Shown: one piece after another, positions 1 through 8,384 of the stretch | Layout of the letters: the number at the start of each line of letters is the position of its first letter | Numbering within the stretch: the first letter of the stretch is position 1 | Source of the DNA: Kiritimatiellia bacterium | GTDB lineage: Bacteria > Verrucomicrobiota > Kiritimatiellia > UBA8416 > JADHWI01 | DNA length: 64,000 nt | Direction of reading: 5' to 3' | Assembly: GCA_030744755.1 (NCBI GenBank) | Contig: JASLPY010000016.1 | Span: 6,959 to 70,958 of the forward strand | The notes under the pieces: generated by a model | The model's input: the letters and a program-made list of their open reading frames with translations, nothing else | Told to the model about the DNA's origin: nothing | The model's database searches: none | Made by a program: the position numbers and the translations under genes

Positions 1-570
1 GTGAAGAAGGCCTTTGCGCCCCTTTACGCGACCAGAATCATCTCTATACTAAATTCGATTGCCGGCGAGATCGGCAGGTACCTGTCCGTTCAATTTCTCA
101 TAAGCCTCGCGACCGGCATCCTGGTGTGGCTGGCACTGATGTTTCTCGGTGTGCAGTTCGCCATAACCTGGGGCGCGTTGGCGTTCCTCCTCAACTTCAT
201 TCCCACGGTGGGATCAATCATCGCCTCGGTACCGCCCGTTCTTCTTGCGCTGGTGCAGTTTCATCCCAGCTACTGGCAGTCCATTGCCACACTGCTTGTC
301 CTGCTGACCATTCAGATGAGCATCGGCAATGTGCTTGCTCCGAAGGTACTTGGTGATCAACTGAACTTGAGTCCTGTCGTCGTGCTTCTCTCGCTGGTTT
401 TCTGGGGATGGCTGTGGGGAATCGCAGGCGCAATATTGTCAGTCCCGATTGCCTCTGCGGTTAAAATCGTATGTGAGCATATTGAACCGCTTCATCCGAT
501 TGCGGTAATGATGGGTGCCGGTAAGTCATACCGTCGGGAGTTTGAGCGGGTGCCACCGGACAACGAGTGA
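1..570 (+). CDS. AI-2E family transporter (PerM/UPF0118-like permease), C-terminal portion; 5' end lies outside the window
   Basis: The frame is open from base 1. The product is a run of hydrophobic helices with family-typical segments 'LNFIPTVGSIIASVPPVLLAL' and 'WGWLWGIAGAILSVPI'. Its stop overlaps the next gene's start (GTGA). Confidence 0.75.
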   Translation: MKKAFAPLYATRIISILNSIAGEIGRYLSVQFLISLATGILVWLALMFLGVQFAITWGALAFLLNFIPTVGSIIASVPPVLLALVQFHPSYWQSIATLLVLLTIQMSIGNVLAPKVLGDQLNLSPVVVLLSLVFWGWLWGIAGAILSVPIASAVKIVCEHIEPLHPIAVMMGAGKSYRREFERVPPDNE

Positions 571-1484
571 ACATGAGCACGGAAGAACTGAGGCGGATCC
601 GAGTTCTGGTTAATCCCAAATCGGGCGTTCGTTGGTCATTCAAAGCTGTACAGCAGGCCATAGATACGAGCTGGAACGCGCCAGACCGGGATATAACCTA
701 TCAATTTACGCATGACGTGGACGATGGGATCCGCAAAACAGAGCGGGCTGTCGAACAGGGCGTAGATCTTCTTCTTGTTGTCGGTGGTGACGGAACCGTG
801 AGTAGCGTGGGACGTGTCCTGGTAGGCACAGACGTATGCCTCGGAACAATCCCGGCAGGCAGTGGCAACGGTTTTGCCAGGCACTTTGGGATTCCCCTTT
901 CACCGGTAAAGGCCGCCCGTACCCTCGTGAATGCCGAGGTCAAGCGCATCGACGTAGGACTTGTAAACGATCGCCCTTTTTTTATCACGTGCAGCATGGC
1001 GTGGGACGCTGCCATTGTCCGTTCTTTCGACAAGATGCCGGTAAGGGGAATAATCCCTTACATTTTCGCCGGTGCATATGAACTTCTTGAATACAGGCCC
1101 TCAGAAGTGACAGTGGAGTTCGACGATGGCAGCGAACCACTGGTCGTAGGCGATCCACTTGTCTGCACGGTAGCCAATCTTTCACAGTACGGCGGGGGTG
1201 CGGTGATCGCTCCCCATGCGCAACCCGATGACGGACTCCTCGAGTTGGTAATTGCCAGGTGTCAGCATGCCCCGCTGCTCATCGCCAATATCGGCAAGTT
1301 TCTGAATGGCGCCATCACTGATATTCCGGAGGTTATCTCCCGGCGCTTTCGCTCACTGATTGCACATCGTCCCGATGCCGGCATAATCCAAGTGGACGGT
1401 GAACTTGTCGATTCTCCCGCGAATGTACGTATCTCGGTTACTCCGAGGGCCATAAACGTACTCGTTCCGACGTCCCAAGCGTAA
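567..1484 (+). CDS. diacylglycerol/lipid kinase family protein (YegS/BmrU-like)
   Basis: DAGK catalytic-domain motifs 'LLLVVGGDGTVSSVG' and 'LGTIPAGSGNGFARHFG' are present. GTG 567 overlaps the upstream stop; ATG 573 is an alternative start. Confidence 0.85.
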   Translation: MNMSTEELRRIRVLVNPKSGVRWSFKAVQQAIDTSWNAPDRDITYQFTHDVDDGIRKTERAVEQGVDLLLVVGGDGTVSSVGRVLVGTDVCLGTIPAGSGNGFARHFGIPLSPVKAARTLVNAEVKRIDVGLVNDRPFFITCSMAWDAAIVRSFDKMPVRGIIPYIFAGAYELLEYRPSEVTVEFDDGSEPLVVGDPLVCTVANLSQYGGGAVIAPHAQPDDGLLELVIARCQHAPLLIANIGKFLNGAITDIPEVISRRFRSLIAHRPDAGIIQVDGELVDSPANVRISVTPRAINVLVPTSQA

Positions 1485-1551
1485 TCCATATCCACCAGTA
1501 ACTGTTTATGGTTCTTTGATTTTTCGGGGCGGGGACGGTAGGGTGGTGGAT

Positions 1552-2211
1552 ATGAAACTGCTTGTTACAGCCGGGCCTACAAGGGAAGCCATAGATCCTG
1601 TTCGCTTCATCAGCAACAGGTCCAGCGGCAAGATGGGTTATGCAGTTGCTTCCGCGGCTGCCGGAAAAGGGCACGAAGTACGCCTAATTAGCGGTCCGGC
1701 AGCAATCGAGGTGCCGGAGGGGATCAGCATCGTCACGCGAGTTGTTTCGGCCACCGAGATGCTGGCCTCCGTCCACGCCAACGTTGACTGGTGCGATGCC
1801 CTTGTCATGTCGGCAGCGGTTGCGGACATGCGGCCGGCGGAAACCAGTTCAAGCAAGATAAAGAAGGACGGCTCGACCCGGACCCTGAAGCTCGAGCCTA
1901 CAGAAGATATCCTGCTTTCCATTGCGTCCCTGAAGCATGACAGGGTTTTTGTCGGCTTTGCCGCCGAGACGGAGAGGCTGGAAGAGAATGCGAGACAAAA
2001 ACTTGAAGCAAAAGGCCTCGATTTGATTGTCGCCAACGATGTGTCGGCAACAGACGCTGGTTTTGAGGTCGACACGAACCGAGTGAGTTTGATTGAACGC
2101 AATGGCAGTGTCGAAAAGTGGGGGCTGCAAAGTAAGTCCGAGATTGCCGATCGGATTGTGAAATGGATCGAAGACTATATTTCTAGCCGCCGCTCCCAAT
2201 CCAGTTCCTGA
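1552..2211 (+). CDS. coaB: phosphopantothenate--cysteine ligase, stand-alone CoaB domain
   Basis: 'MKLLVTAGPTREAIDPVRFISNRSSGKMGYAVA' is the CoaB (DFP C-terminal half) signature. ATG 1552 is preferred over TTG 1516. The product is only about 220 aa, and no CoaC flavoprotein half is upstream. Confidence 0.8.
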   Translation: MKLLVTAGPTREAIDPVRFISNRSSGKMGYAVASAAAGKGHEVRLISGPAAIEVPEGISIVTRVVSATEMLASVHANVDWCDALVMSAAVADMRPAETSSSKIKKDGSTRTLKLEPTEDILLSIASLKHDRVFVGFAAETERLEENARQKLEAKGLDLIVANDVSATDAGFEVDTNRVSLIERNGSVEKWGLQSKSEIADRIVKWIEDYISSRRSQSSS

Positions 2212-2815
2212 CTGCTTCGCAGAGCGTAAAGAATTTCGTCTGCAGAACGAAGATCCCGTCTTGCGCTGTCCCAATCATACCCGCCCCCAAGATCGCCCTC
2301 AGGTACACGGCATCTGAAACGCACGCCATGTAGTACACGGAGTACATCGGTATCAGGAGGCATAGTATTCCCTGGTAGACCGAGTCCTCAAAAGCCTTCA
2401 GTATCACTATCAGATGGAACCCGATCAGCATGATGGCAGCAAACGGAACTGCGGCTTCAATGTGTGCCTCGGAAAGTCCGCCGCCGTAACGCAAGAATGC
2501 CATGGACCCGCCAAGAACCAGGAAAACGGCCCATGCGTACAGGTGGTGCACCACGTGGGCCTTGGTCTGAGATTTCTTAAGTGCCTTTGTCCCGGGCCAG
2601 AGGCCTTCGCCATCCTGCCCGTCTTCGGGGATCACTATGTTCTCTTGCTCATGAAACTTGACCTGGGTTCGCTGGAGGGTCTGCTCCTTCTCGGCCGTCT
2701 TGGGTTTTGTCAGTTTCTCCCCACAAGACTTGCAGGCCACAGCATCGGGGTCTACGAACTCAGATACGGTAGTGATCTCAGAGCAATGCGAACATGTGAT
2801 ATCAATATCTGCCAT
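2183..2815 (-). CDS. membrane protein with N-terminal zinc-ribbon
   Basis: The N-terminus 'CSHCSEITTV...ACKSCGEKL' (CxxC...CxxC) is followed by about four hydrophobic helices. No family was recognised. Confidence 0.6.
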   Translation of the reverse strand: MADIDITCSHCSEITTVSEFVDPDAVACKSCGEKLTKPKTAEKEQTLQRTQVKFHEQENIVIPEDGQDGEGLWPGTKALKKSQTKAHVVHHLYAWAVFLVLGGSMAFLRYGGGLSEAHIEAAVPFAAIMLIGFHLIVILKAFEDSVYQGILCLLIPMYSVYYMACVSDAVYLRAILGAGMIGTAQDGIFVLQTKFFTLCEAVRNWIGSGG

Positions 2816-3004
2816 GATGTCTACATCTCAACAGGCCATATACGGTAGCAGGCCCAAGGTTAAGAACGACAAACTCCTGCATGAGCTAACGTTGGTAGGT
2901 TACATGAAGTCAGCCGGCAGGGAAACGATTTTTCTTCTCCTTGTCGCAACAGCATGCGCAAGAAAAGGAATGATCTGTGGCAGTTAGGGGTCCGCGGAAG
3001 CGCC

Positions 3005-4303
3005 CTATATGCTCTGGAGCTTAGCTTTCACTCCCTCGAGCTGAGACTTAAGGCTCGCGACGTCCGGGTTCTCGGGCGGGCTAGCGCTGGCGGCATGACT
3101 CTGGTTCCACTCCTCGTAGCGACTCTTGGCCTCCTTGTAGGCATTTCCGAGGTCCACGCTTTGACCCATCATCTCTCTCAACTCATCGCCGTATCTCATG
3201 CGTTCATCACCCGTGGAACTGTCTCGTTTTGCCTGCAGATCTTTTACCTTCTTCCAGTAAGCCCGGTATTCCCCTTTTGCCTTGCCGTATTCTTCTGCGA
3301 ACGGGTTGTTCCGGCTTACGTAGTCTTTTGCGGCCTGGTCTCTCAGAGTTTGCAACTTTGCGGCGAGCTGGGCCTGCTTAATCAGCAGCGTCATTTCTTT
3401 TTGTCCGACCAGGTTGCGTGATCCTGTCCGGATATCAAGTGCCCGCGTGCGGACGAGGAAGAGATCTCCAGCTTCGTCTGCAGGTGAACAAATGGCCATG
3501 GTTCCGGCCTTCAGCGCCTTGATCTGCTTGATATTGACAACAGTTCCGACGGGAATATCCGCCATGTACTTGCCTTTTGTGTCGTACGAGTTTGCCCCGT
3601 TGGCAATTACGATTCCCCAACGCTCCACAGGTCCTGCATCAGTGCTGGGTTTGGCCGCAACTGTCTTTACACGTGAATGTGAATGCGGCGGGAGCCGGCT
3701 GATCTTTCCGCGGAGCGACTGGCGGCTTGTCATGGCAACCTGGATCTCCGGTGGCATATTTCTTCCGGATGCCAGCGCAAGTACATCCCCCTTTACCTCT
3801 TCGAGGGTTTCAATCTCATTGGCCTTTCTCAGTTCCTCGATCAGGATTCTGTAGCCAGCCCATTTCGACAGGGCTTGCCCTGAGTCGTACGCCAGTAAAG
3901 TGGCATCGATAAGGTCTGAAGGTGTTGATATCAAAATGCCAGCTGTGCTTCCCGGAAGGGTGTGTTCTCTGCACACATCCACCATGTCACGAGCCAGGAC
4001 TCGTGCCTCATCAAGGCTTGAGCGTCTGACTTGGCAACGAATTGCGGCACATATCCGTCGCTTTTCCAGCGAAGGCTGGTTGGATGCCCAATGCTCGACC
4101 CTATTCAGGTAGGAGAGGGATGCGCCGGGCTTTCCCGCCGTAAGGAGACGATTAGCTTCGGTGAGATGTTCGGAAGTGGTCTTTGCTCTTGAGAAAGCTG
4201 TTGCAAACAGAACAACGAATGTTCCGACAATCGCGAGGAAGATATATCCCGCAACGGTGAAGCTCCACTGGCCAATTGTTGTGTTTTTCTCGGATGCACT
4301 CAT
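3005..4303 (-). CDS. membrane-anchored hypothetical protein with C-terminal coiled-coil-like region
   Basis: ATG at 4303 directly precedes a single TM helix ('WSFTVAGYIFLAIVGTFVVLFATAF'). The track's extension to 4489 has no protein-like features. The C-terminal ~100 aa are charged and heptad-like. Confidence 0.55.
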   Translation of the reverse strand: MSASEKNTTIGQWSFTVAGYIFLAIVGTFVVLFATAFSRAKTTSEHLTEANRLLTAGKPGASLSYLNRVEHWASNQPSLEKRRICAAIRCQVRRSSLDEARVLARDMVDVCREHTLPGSTAGILISTPSDLIDATLLAYDSGQALSKWAGYRILIEELRKANEIETLEEVKGDVLALASGRNMPPEIQVAMTSRQSLRGKISRLPPHSHSRVKTVAAKPSTDAGPVERWGIVIANGANSYDTKGKYMADIPVGTVVNIKQIKALKAGTMAICSPADEAGDLFLVRTRALDIRTGSRNLVGQKEMTLLIKQAQLAAKLQTLRDQAAKDYVSRNNPFAEEYGKAKGEYRAYWKKVKDLQAKRDSSTGDERMRYGDELREMMGQSVDLGNAYKEAKSRYEEWNQSHAASASPPENPDVASLKSQLEGVKAKLQSI

Positions 4304-4509
4304 GTCAGACCCCTTCTCAATCCCTGCGCCTCTCCACTGATTAGTGTTGCAGTGGATATGTGAGTGCCGTTGGGGCACTGAACTTATGTCGTGGATATAC
4401 GCACCCAACAGCGGTCTGCCGCACATCGTCGGCAGCATTCTTACGATACACGCGTAATCGAGAGGGTTAGAGAGCAGAATTCGCACCAATTGGTGGGGTT
4501 TTGGACAGA

Positions 4510-5994
4510 TTATTGCTGTTTCTGGCTCTCAGGGGGGCGTTTCCAGCGAAGTTGGGGTATTCTGTAGAGATAAGAGAGATTCTTGTTGGCTTCATTCAGG
4601 AGGCTTTTATCAAGAACGAGATCAATTCCCATAGATTTGAGAGTGAATCGATTGATATTGCCATCGTCTGTCTGAATGCGAAACACGTCATCCATGTTTG
4701 ATACGGGCTTGCCGTTGAGATGTGTTATCACACGGTTTCTGAATTGCTGGTAACCCGAATTCACCGGGTGAGGCAGCACTGCGGACAGCAGAACCACTCG
4801 CTGGCCAGGGCTGTCGGGAAAAAGCTTCTTCGTATGATAAGTGTGCACAAGGCTTGAGTCTATGATCCGTTGCCAGTCCGATCCATGCGACCTGAGGTAA
4901 CGCCCGGTGACTTCCCTGATTATCATTCCGCCTTCTACAACGTATTCAGCTTTTCTGCCCACCGTGTTGTCCGGAATCAGATGTGTCTTTTCGTCGGCCC
5001 TTGTTAGTTTTACCTGGACGGAAACCTGCTTCCCTTTGCGTATGATCTTGACCGGAACAGCCTCTCCGGGGCGTCGCCGCCCTTTTATAAGGTAGGGCAG
5101 AGAAAGCCTTCCAAACTCTTTGTCGTCATAGAATCCAAGGCTGTCGATCTTCCTGTCGTCCCATTCCAGAATCACGTCGTTCGGCTCAAGAACATCCGCT
5201 GCTCCAGACTCGGAAACGGCCGAAAGGACCAGTATGCCGCCATCCTGGTCGCCGACACCCAGCCATTCACGCCGCGCCGGATCGATAAGCTGTTTCCAGA
5301 GGAACCCGGCTGACGCAAATCCCCTGTACGGCGAAGTTGATGCATCGTCCAGAAACTGGCGTATAACGCAGAAGGGAATCATGTTGCCCACTCTTCTTTC
5401 CCTGGTGTAGCTCATGACGAGGCCGGCCAGTTTGCCATTCAGGATGGCGGGTGCGCCCTCACCAGTGACGTTCAAGTCCGTGAGCAGGTCAAAAGTAAGC
5501 GACGCGTACGAGGCGGATGGCAGCGACTTCATTGCCACGCGAAGAAGCTGCGCGTCCCCGCGTTGGACCTGGCGGGTGCTGTCGAGCTGGAGAATCTCCA
5601 GTTCAGATTCCTCGGATACCGCCCCGGCAATCTCCATTGCTTTGAACGGGGGAAGGCCATGATCCGCGGTGACCTTGATCAGTGCCAGGTTTACCTGATC
5701 GTCCGAGATCTTGACCACCGCGGGAATCCGTTCGCCCGAACGCGCGGCGCGCAGTTCCACGAGGTTGTGGTTGCGTACAAGCCGCTCCGTGGTCAGGACG
5801 AGACCGGGACCCACCACAGCCCCGTATCCGTAGCGCTCGATAGGTTGGCCTTTCTGCCATGGCAGAAACGGATCGTGTTCCTGCCGTGTTACTATTACCT
5901 GCAGAAACGCCGAATTATCGTCGGCAAAACAAGTACCAGCCGCCACCACGGACAGGAACATGGACAATGCAACGATGACGCGGGCTCGTGACAT
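4510..5994 (-). CDS. S1C (Deg-like) protease paralogue with a substituted catalytic triad; predicted pseudoprotease
   Basis: It has a signal peptide ('MSRARVIVALSMFLSVVAAGTCFA') and is collinear with the upstream protease. The alignable catalytic positions read 'LTTERLV', 'QVNLALI' and 'TGEGAPA'. Its start overlaps the upstream stop (TGATG, 5992-5996). Confidence 0.8.
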   Translation of the reverse strand: MSRARVIVALSMFLSVVAAGTCFADDNSAFLQVIVTRQEHDPFLPWQKGQPIERYGYGAVVGPGLVLTTERLVRNHNLVELRAARSGERIPAVVKISDDQVNLALIKVTADHGLPPFKAMEIAGAVSEESELEILQLDSTRQVQRGDAQLLRVAMKSLPSASYASLTFDLLTDLNVTGEGAPAILNGKLAGLVMSYTRERRVGNMIPFCVIRQFLDDASTSPYRGFASAGFLWKQLIDPARREWLGVGDQDGGILVLSAVSESGAADVLEPNDVILEWDDRKIDSLGFYDDKEFGRLSLPYLIKGRRRPGEAVPVKIIRKGKQVSVQVKLTRADEKTHLIPDNTVGRKAEYVVEGGMIIREVTGRYLRSHGSDWQRIIDSSLVHTYHTKKLFPDSPGQRVVLLSAVLPHPVNSGYQQFRNRVITHLNGKPVSNMDDVFRIQTDDGNINRFTLKSMGIDLVLDKSLLNEANKNLSYLYRIPQLRWKRPPESQKQQ

Positions 5995-7496
5995 CAGTTG
6001 CCTCCCCCCAGGTTTTCCTTTGCGGGCAGTCCGTAACGGGACAGGATCGCTTTCTCCGATGCCGCCGCCTCCTTCGCCGAGAGTATCAGCACGTCATCCA
6101 TGCCGGCAAACCGAATAATGTGGAAGCCCTCCTTCGGCCGTTCCCAGGCCTCCTTCAAATCCTGAAGGTTCCTGATCTTCTTGCCATTGGCCTCTACGAC
6201 TATGCCGTTTATGAACTCGTCGGTATACGTGTTGACCGGATGGGCGAGACGCCTGATGCAGACGACGAATTCGTCGAATTCCTCATGGAGACCATCAACC
6301 TTGGCGTATTCGGAGACATAAGTGAGTTGCTGGGTGTTCTTGCCTCTTCCCGCCCCTGCAAGGCTCCGCAAGTACTCTCTGGTCAGGGGGCAGAAGACGA
6401 GACCTCCGCGTACAAGGTAATTCGGGATTTCGTCGTAGATGCTCCGGAATATGAAGGGATCATGCGGGTTCTTGAGAGGGACTTGTAGAGCGAGGAACTT
6501 CCCCTCGCGCCATATCTGCAACTTGACGGCATCACCCCATTGTTTTCGCTCTAGCAGTTCTGCAAAGAGAACCCTATTCCCGTTCAGTGCAACCGTACCA
6601 TCGTTTGCTATATCATACCCGTCTATCGTAAGTATGACGTCCCCGGTGTCGATGAGGTCCGCCCCGCTGCCGAATGGGTCAACATAGGTCAAGACTACGC
6701 CCGTCCTATTCTCTGCAAGTCCAAGGTCCGCCCTGAGGGCCGGGTTGCGGGTGTACATGAACGCCGCTCCGAGTTCCGGATACCCGTGATACCGTCCATC
6801 CTCTACGTCTTCCAGGAAGTGCCGCAGAACGGGCAAGGGGATCGCGTAGCCTATGTTTTCGGCCCAGGCCAGGCCTTGAAACGCCAGGCCAACAACCCGG
6901 TTGTCAAACAGGATGGGACCGCCACTGTTGCCCGGGTTTATGGCCGCGTCAACCTGCAGGACCAAGTGCTGATCGATCCCGCTGTGAGTGTAGATACTGT
7001 AATCGATACGAGAGACAACTCCCCGGGTAACCGATATGCGCGACCCGCCCATGGGGTATCCGAGGACCGTCACCTCGTCGCTAAGCTGTGGGATCTCTTT
7101 TGCGAATTTCAAGGGCTTCGTGCCTTCGAAGAAGGCGTCATTCTCCACTTGAAGCACGGCCAGGTCACAATCATGTCCACTGAACGCAACGCTGGCATGG
7201 TAACGTTTGGGGTCTCCTTCCTTCTGCACCTGGAGAGACCGTATGTCCGAAACAACGTGCGCGTTTGTGAGTATCCTTTTCTTCCCTATCACGAAACCGG
7301 AACCCGTACCGTTGGCCGGTGTTACGCCCTGCCATGGCATGGTGTAGTCCGGACGCTGGGTCGTGACATGAATCTTGACTATTGAGGATCTGATACTGCG
7401 GGGAATGGCTGACGCGTCTGCATTGTCGCACATACCTGTCATCAATAGGGTGGCCAGAGCTACCGCACGGAGGAAGATTGATGTTGATACATGCAT
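5994..7496 (-). CDS. S1C trypsin-like serine protease (DegP/Deg9-like) with C-terminal PDZ-like region
   Basis: The triad motifs are intact: 'RILTNAHVV' (His), 'HDCDLAVLQV' (Asp) and 'INPGNSGGPIL' (Ser). ATG 7496 gives a signal-peptide-like N-terminus 'MHVSTSIFLRAVALATLLMTG'. The track start 7538 remains possible. Confidence 0.85.
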   Translation of the reverse strand: MHVSTSIFLRAVALATLLMTGMCDNADASAIPRSIRSSIVKIHVTTQRPDYTMPWQGVTPANGTGSGFVIGKKRILTNAHVVSDIRSLQVQKEGDPKRYHASVAFSGHDCDLAVLQVENDAFFEGTKPLKFAKEIPQLSDEVTVLGYPMGGSRISVTRGVVSRIDYSIYTHSGIDQHLVLQVDAAINPGNSGGPILFDNRVVGLAFQGLAWAENIGYAIPLPVLRHFLEDVEDGRYHGYPELGAAFMYTRNPALRADLGLAENRTGVVLTYVDPFGSGADLIDTGDVILTIDGYDIANDGTVALNGNRVLFAELLERKQWGDAVKLQIWREGKFLALQVPLKNPHDPFIFRSIYDEIPNYLVRGGLVFCPLTREYLRSLAGAGRGKNTQQLTYVSEYAKVDGLHEEFDEFVVCIRRLAHPVNTYTDEFINGIVVEANGKKIRNLQDLKEAWERPKEGFHIIRFAGMDDVLILSAKEAAASEKAILSRYGLPAKENLGGGN

Positions 7497-7680
7497 AATG
7501 AAGTACATAATACGCGTGAAAAGGGCACAAGACAGCAAAAATCGGCGCAGAAGGGTAAAAACTCCACCGTGGGACTTAATGACAGAGAGTACATGCGGCC
7601 CGGATACAGGCCAGGGAAAAAAATGAGAAAGGACCGGCTTTCCATTTTGGCGCGGCTGAAGTTTCTTGTCTGGCGTATAC

Positions 7681-8238
7681 TCAGAAAGCGTACTTAAGCC
7701 ACCCGATCACGTCCATGTCATCGAAATCGAACTCATCGAGTTCCCCCCAATCCTCGAAGACATACCCTCCCATAATGTCAATACTCAGTGAGCCCAGGGG
7801 AATGCTGATTCCGGCCAGGAACTGGTAGTAGATGTCCGTCCAGTCATCCTCGTTATCCGAGTCGTCCTCGTACACCATGTACGTAGACATTATGCCAAGC
7901 CCGGCGCGCCAGAAGCTATCCTTGAACATCAGGTTGAGCTGAGGTGTCAGCGCGTGATCGACCTTGTTCGTTCCGGTGAGCTCCGGTGCGTAGTCGAGGG
8001 CCAATTGCCAATAGGCGTTCTCTTCATGGAATTCGTACGAGAAACCGTAGGAAACGTCTCCATCGTCGTACGGTAACTCTTCATAAACCGAATGAAGAGC
8101 ATGGTGCCTGAGGCCAAGGCCCAGCACGTGCTCGGCTTTGGTTGATAAAGGAGCGACCAGAACCATGATCACGAGTGAAGCCAGCATGTAGTAAGTGAAG
8201 TTTGTTTTCATGATTCGCATGGTAGCAGTTATCTTCAA
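7681..8238 (-). CDS. small outer-membrane beta-barrel-like protein
   Basis: Signal-like 'MKTNFTYYMLASLVIMVLVAPLSTKA', an alternating aromatic/polar strand pattern, and a C-terminal '...GWLKYAF' ending in Phe. The start could be 8238, 8220 or 8211. Confidence 0.55.
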   Translation of the reverse strand: MKITATMRIMKTNFTYYMLASLVIMVLVAPLSTKAEHVLGLGLRHHALHSVYEELPYDDGDVSYGFSYEFHEENAYWQLALDYAPELTGTNKVDHALTPQLNLMFKDSFWRAGLGIMSTYMVYEDDSDNEDDWTDIYYQFLAGISIPLGSLSIDIMGGYVFEDWGELDEFDFDDMDVIGWLKYAF

Positions 8239-8293
8239 CTTAGCAAGTCAGAACAGACTACCCAGTATCCACCGCAATGTTGCGCCGGCGCCA

Positions 8294-8325
8294 CTGAAAA
8301 GAAAGTTTTCTGAAAAGAAAGTTTT
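8294..8325. repeat. perfect tandem duplication of a 16-bp unit (CTGAAAAGAAAGTTTT x2) in the divergent OMP/ileS promoter region
   Basis: Read directly: units at 8294-8309 and 8310-8325. With the base that follows it, each unit reads GAAAA-N5-TTTTC, a small dyad. Confidence 0.85.
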
Positions 8326-8384
8326 GTTGATACGGATTCGTGCTTCCGTTAGTTTACACGCCTGAAAGAAAGGAAGTAACAGAC

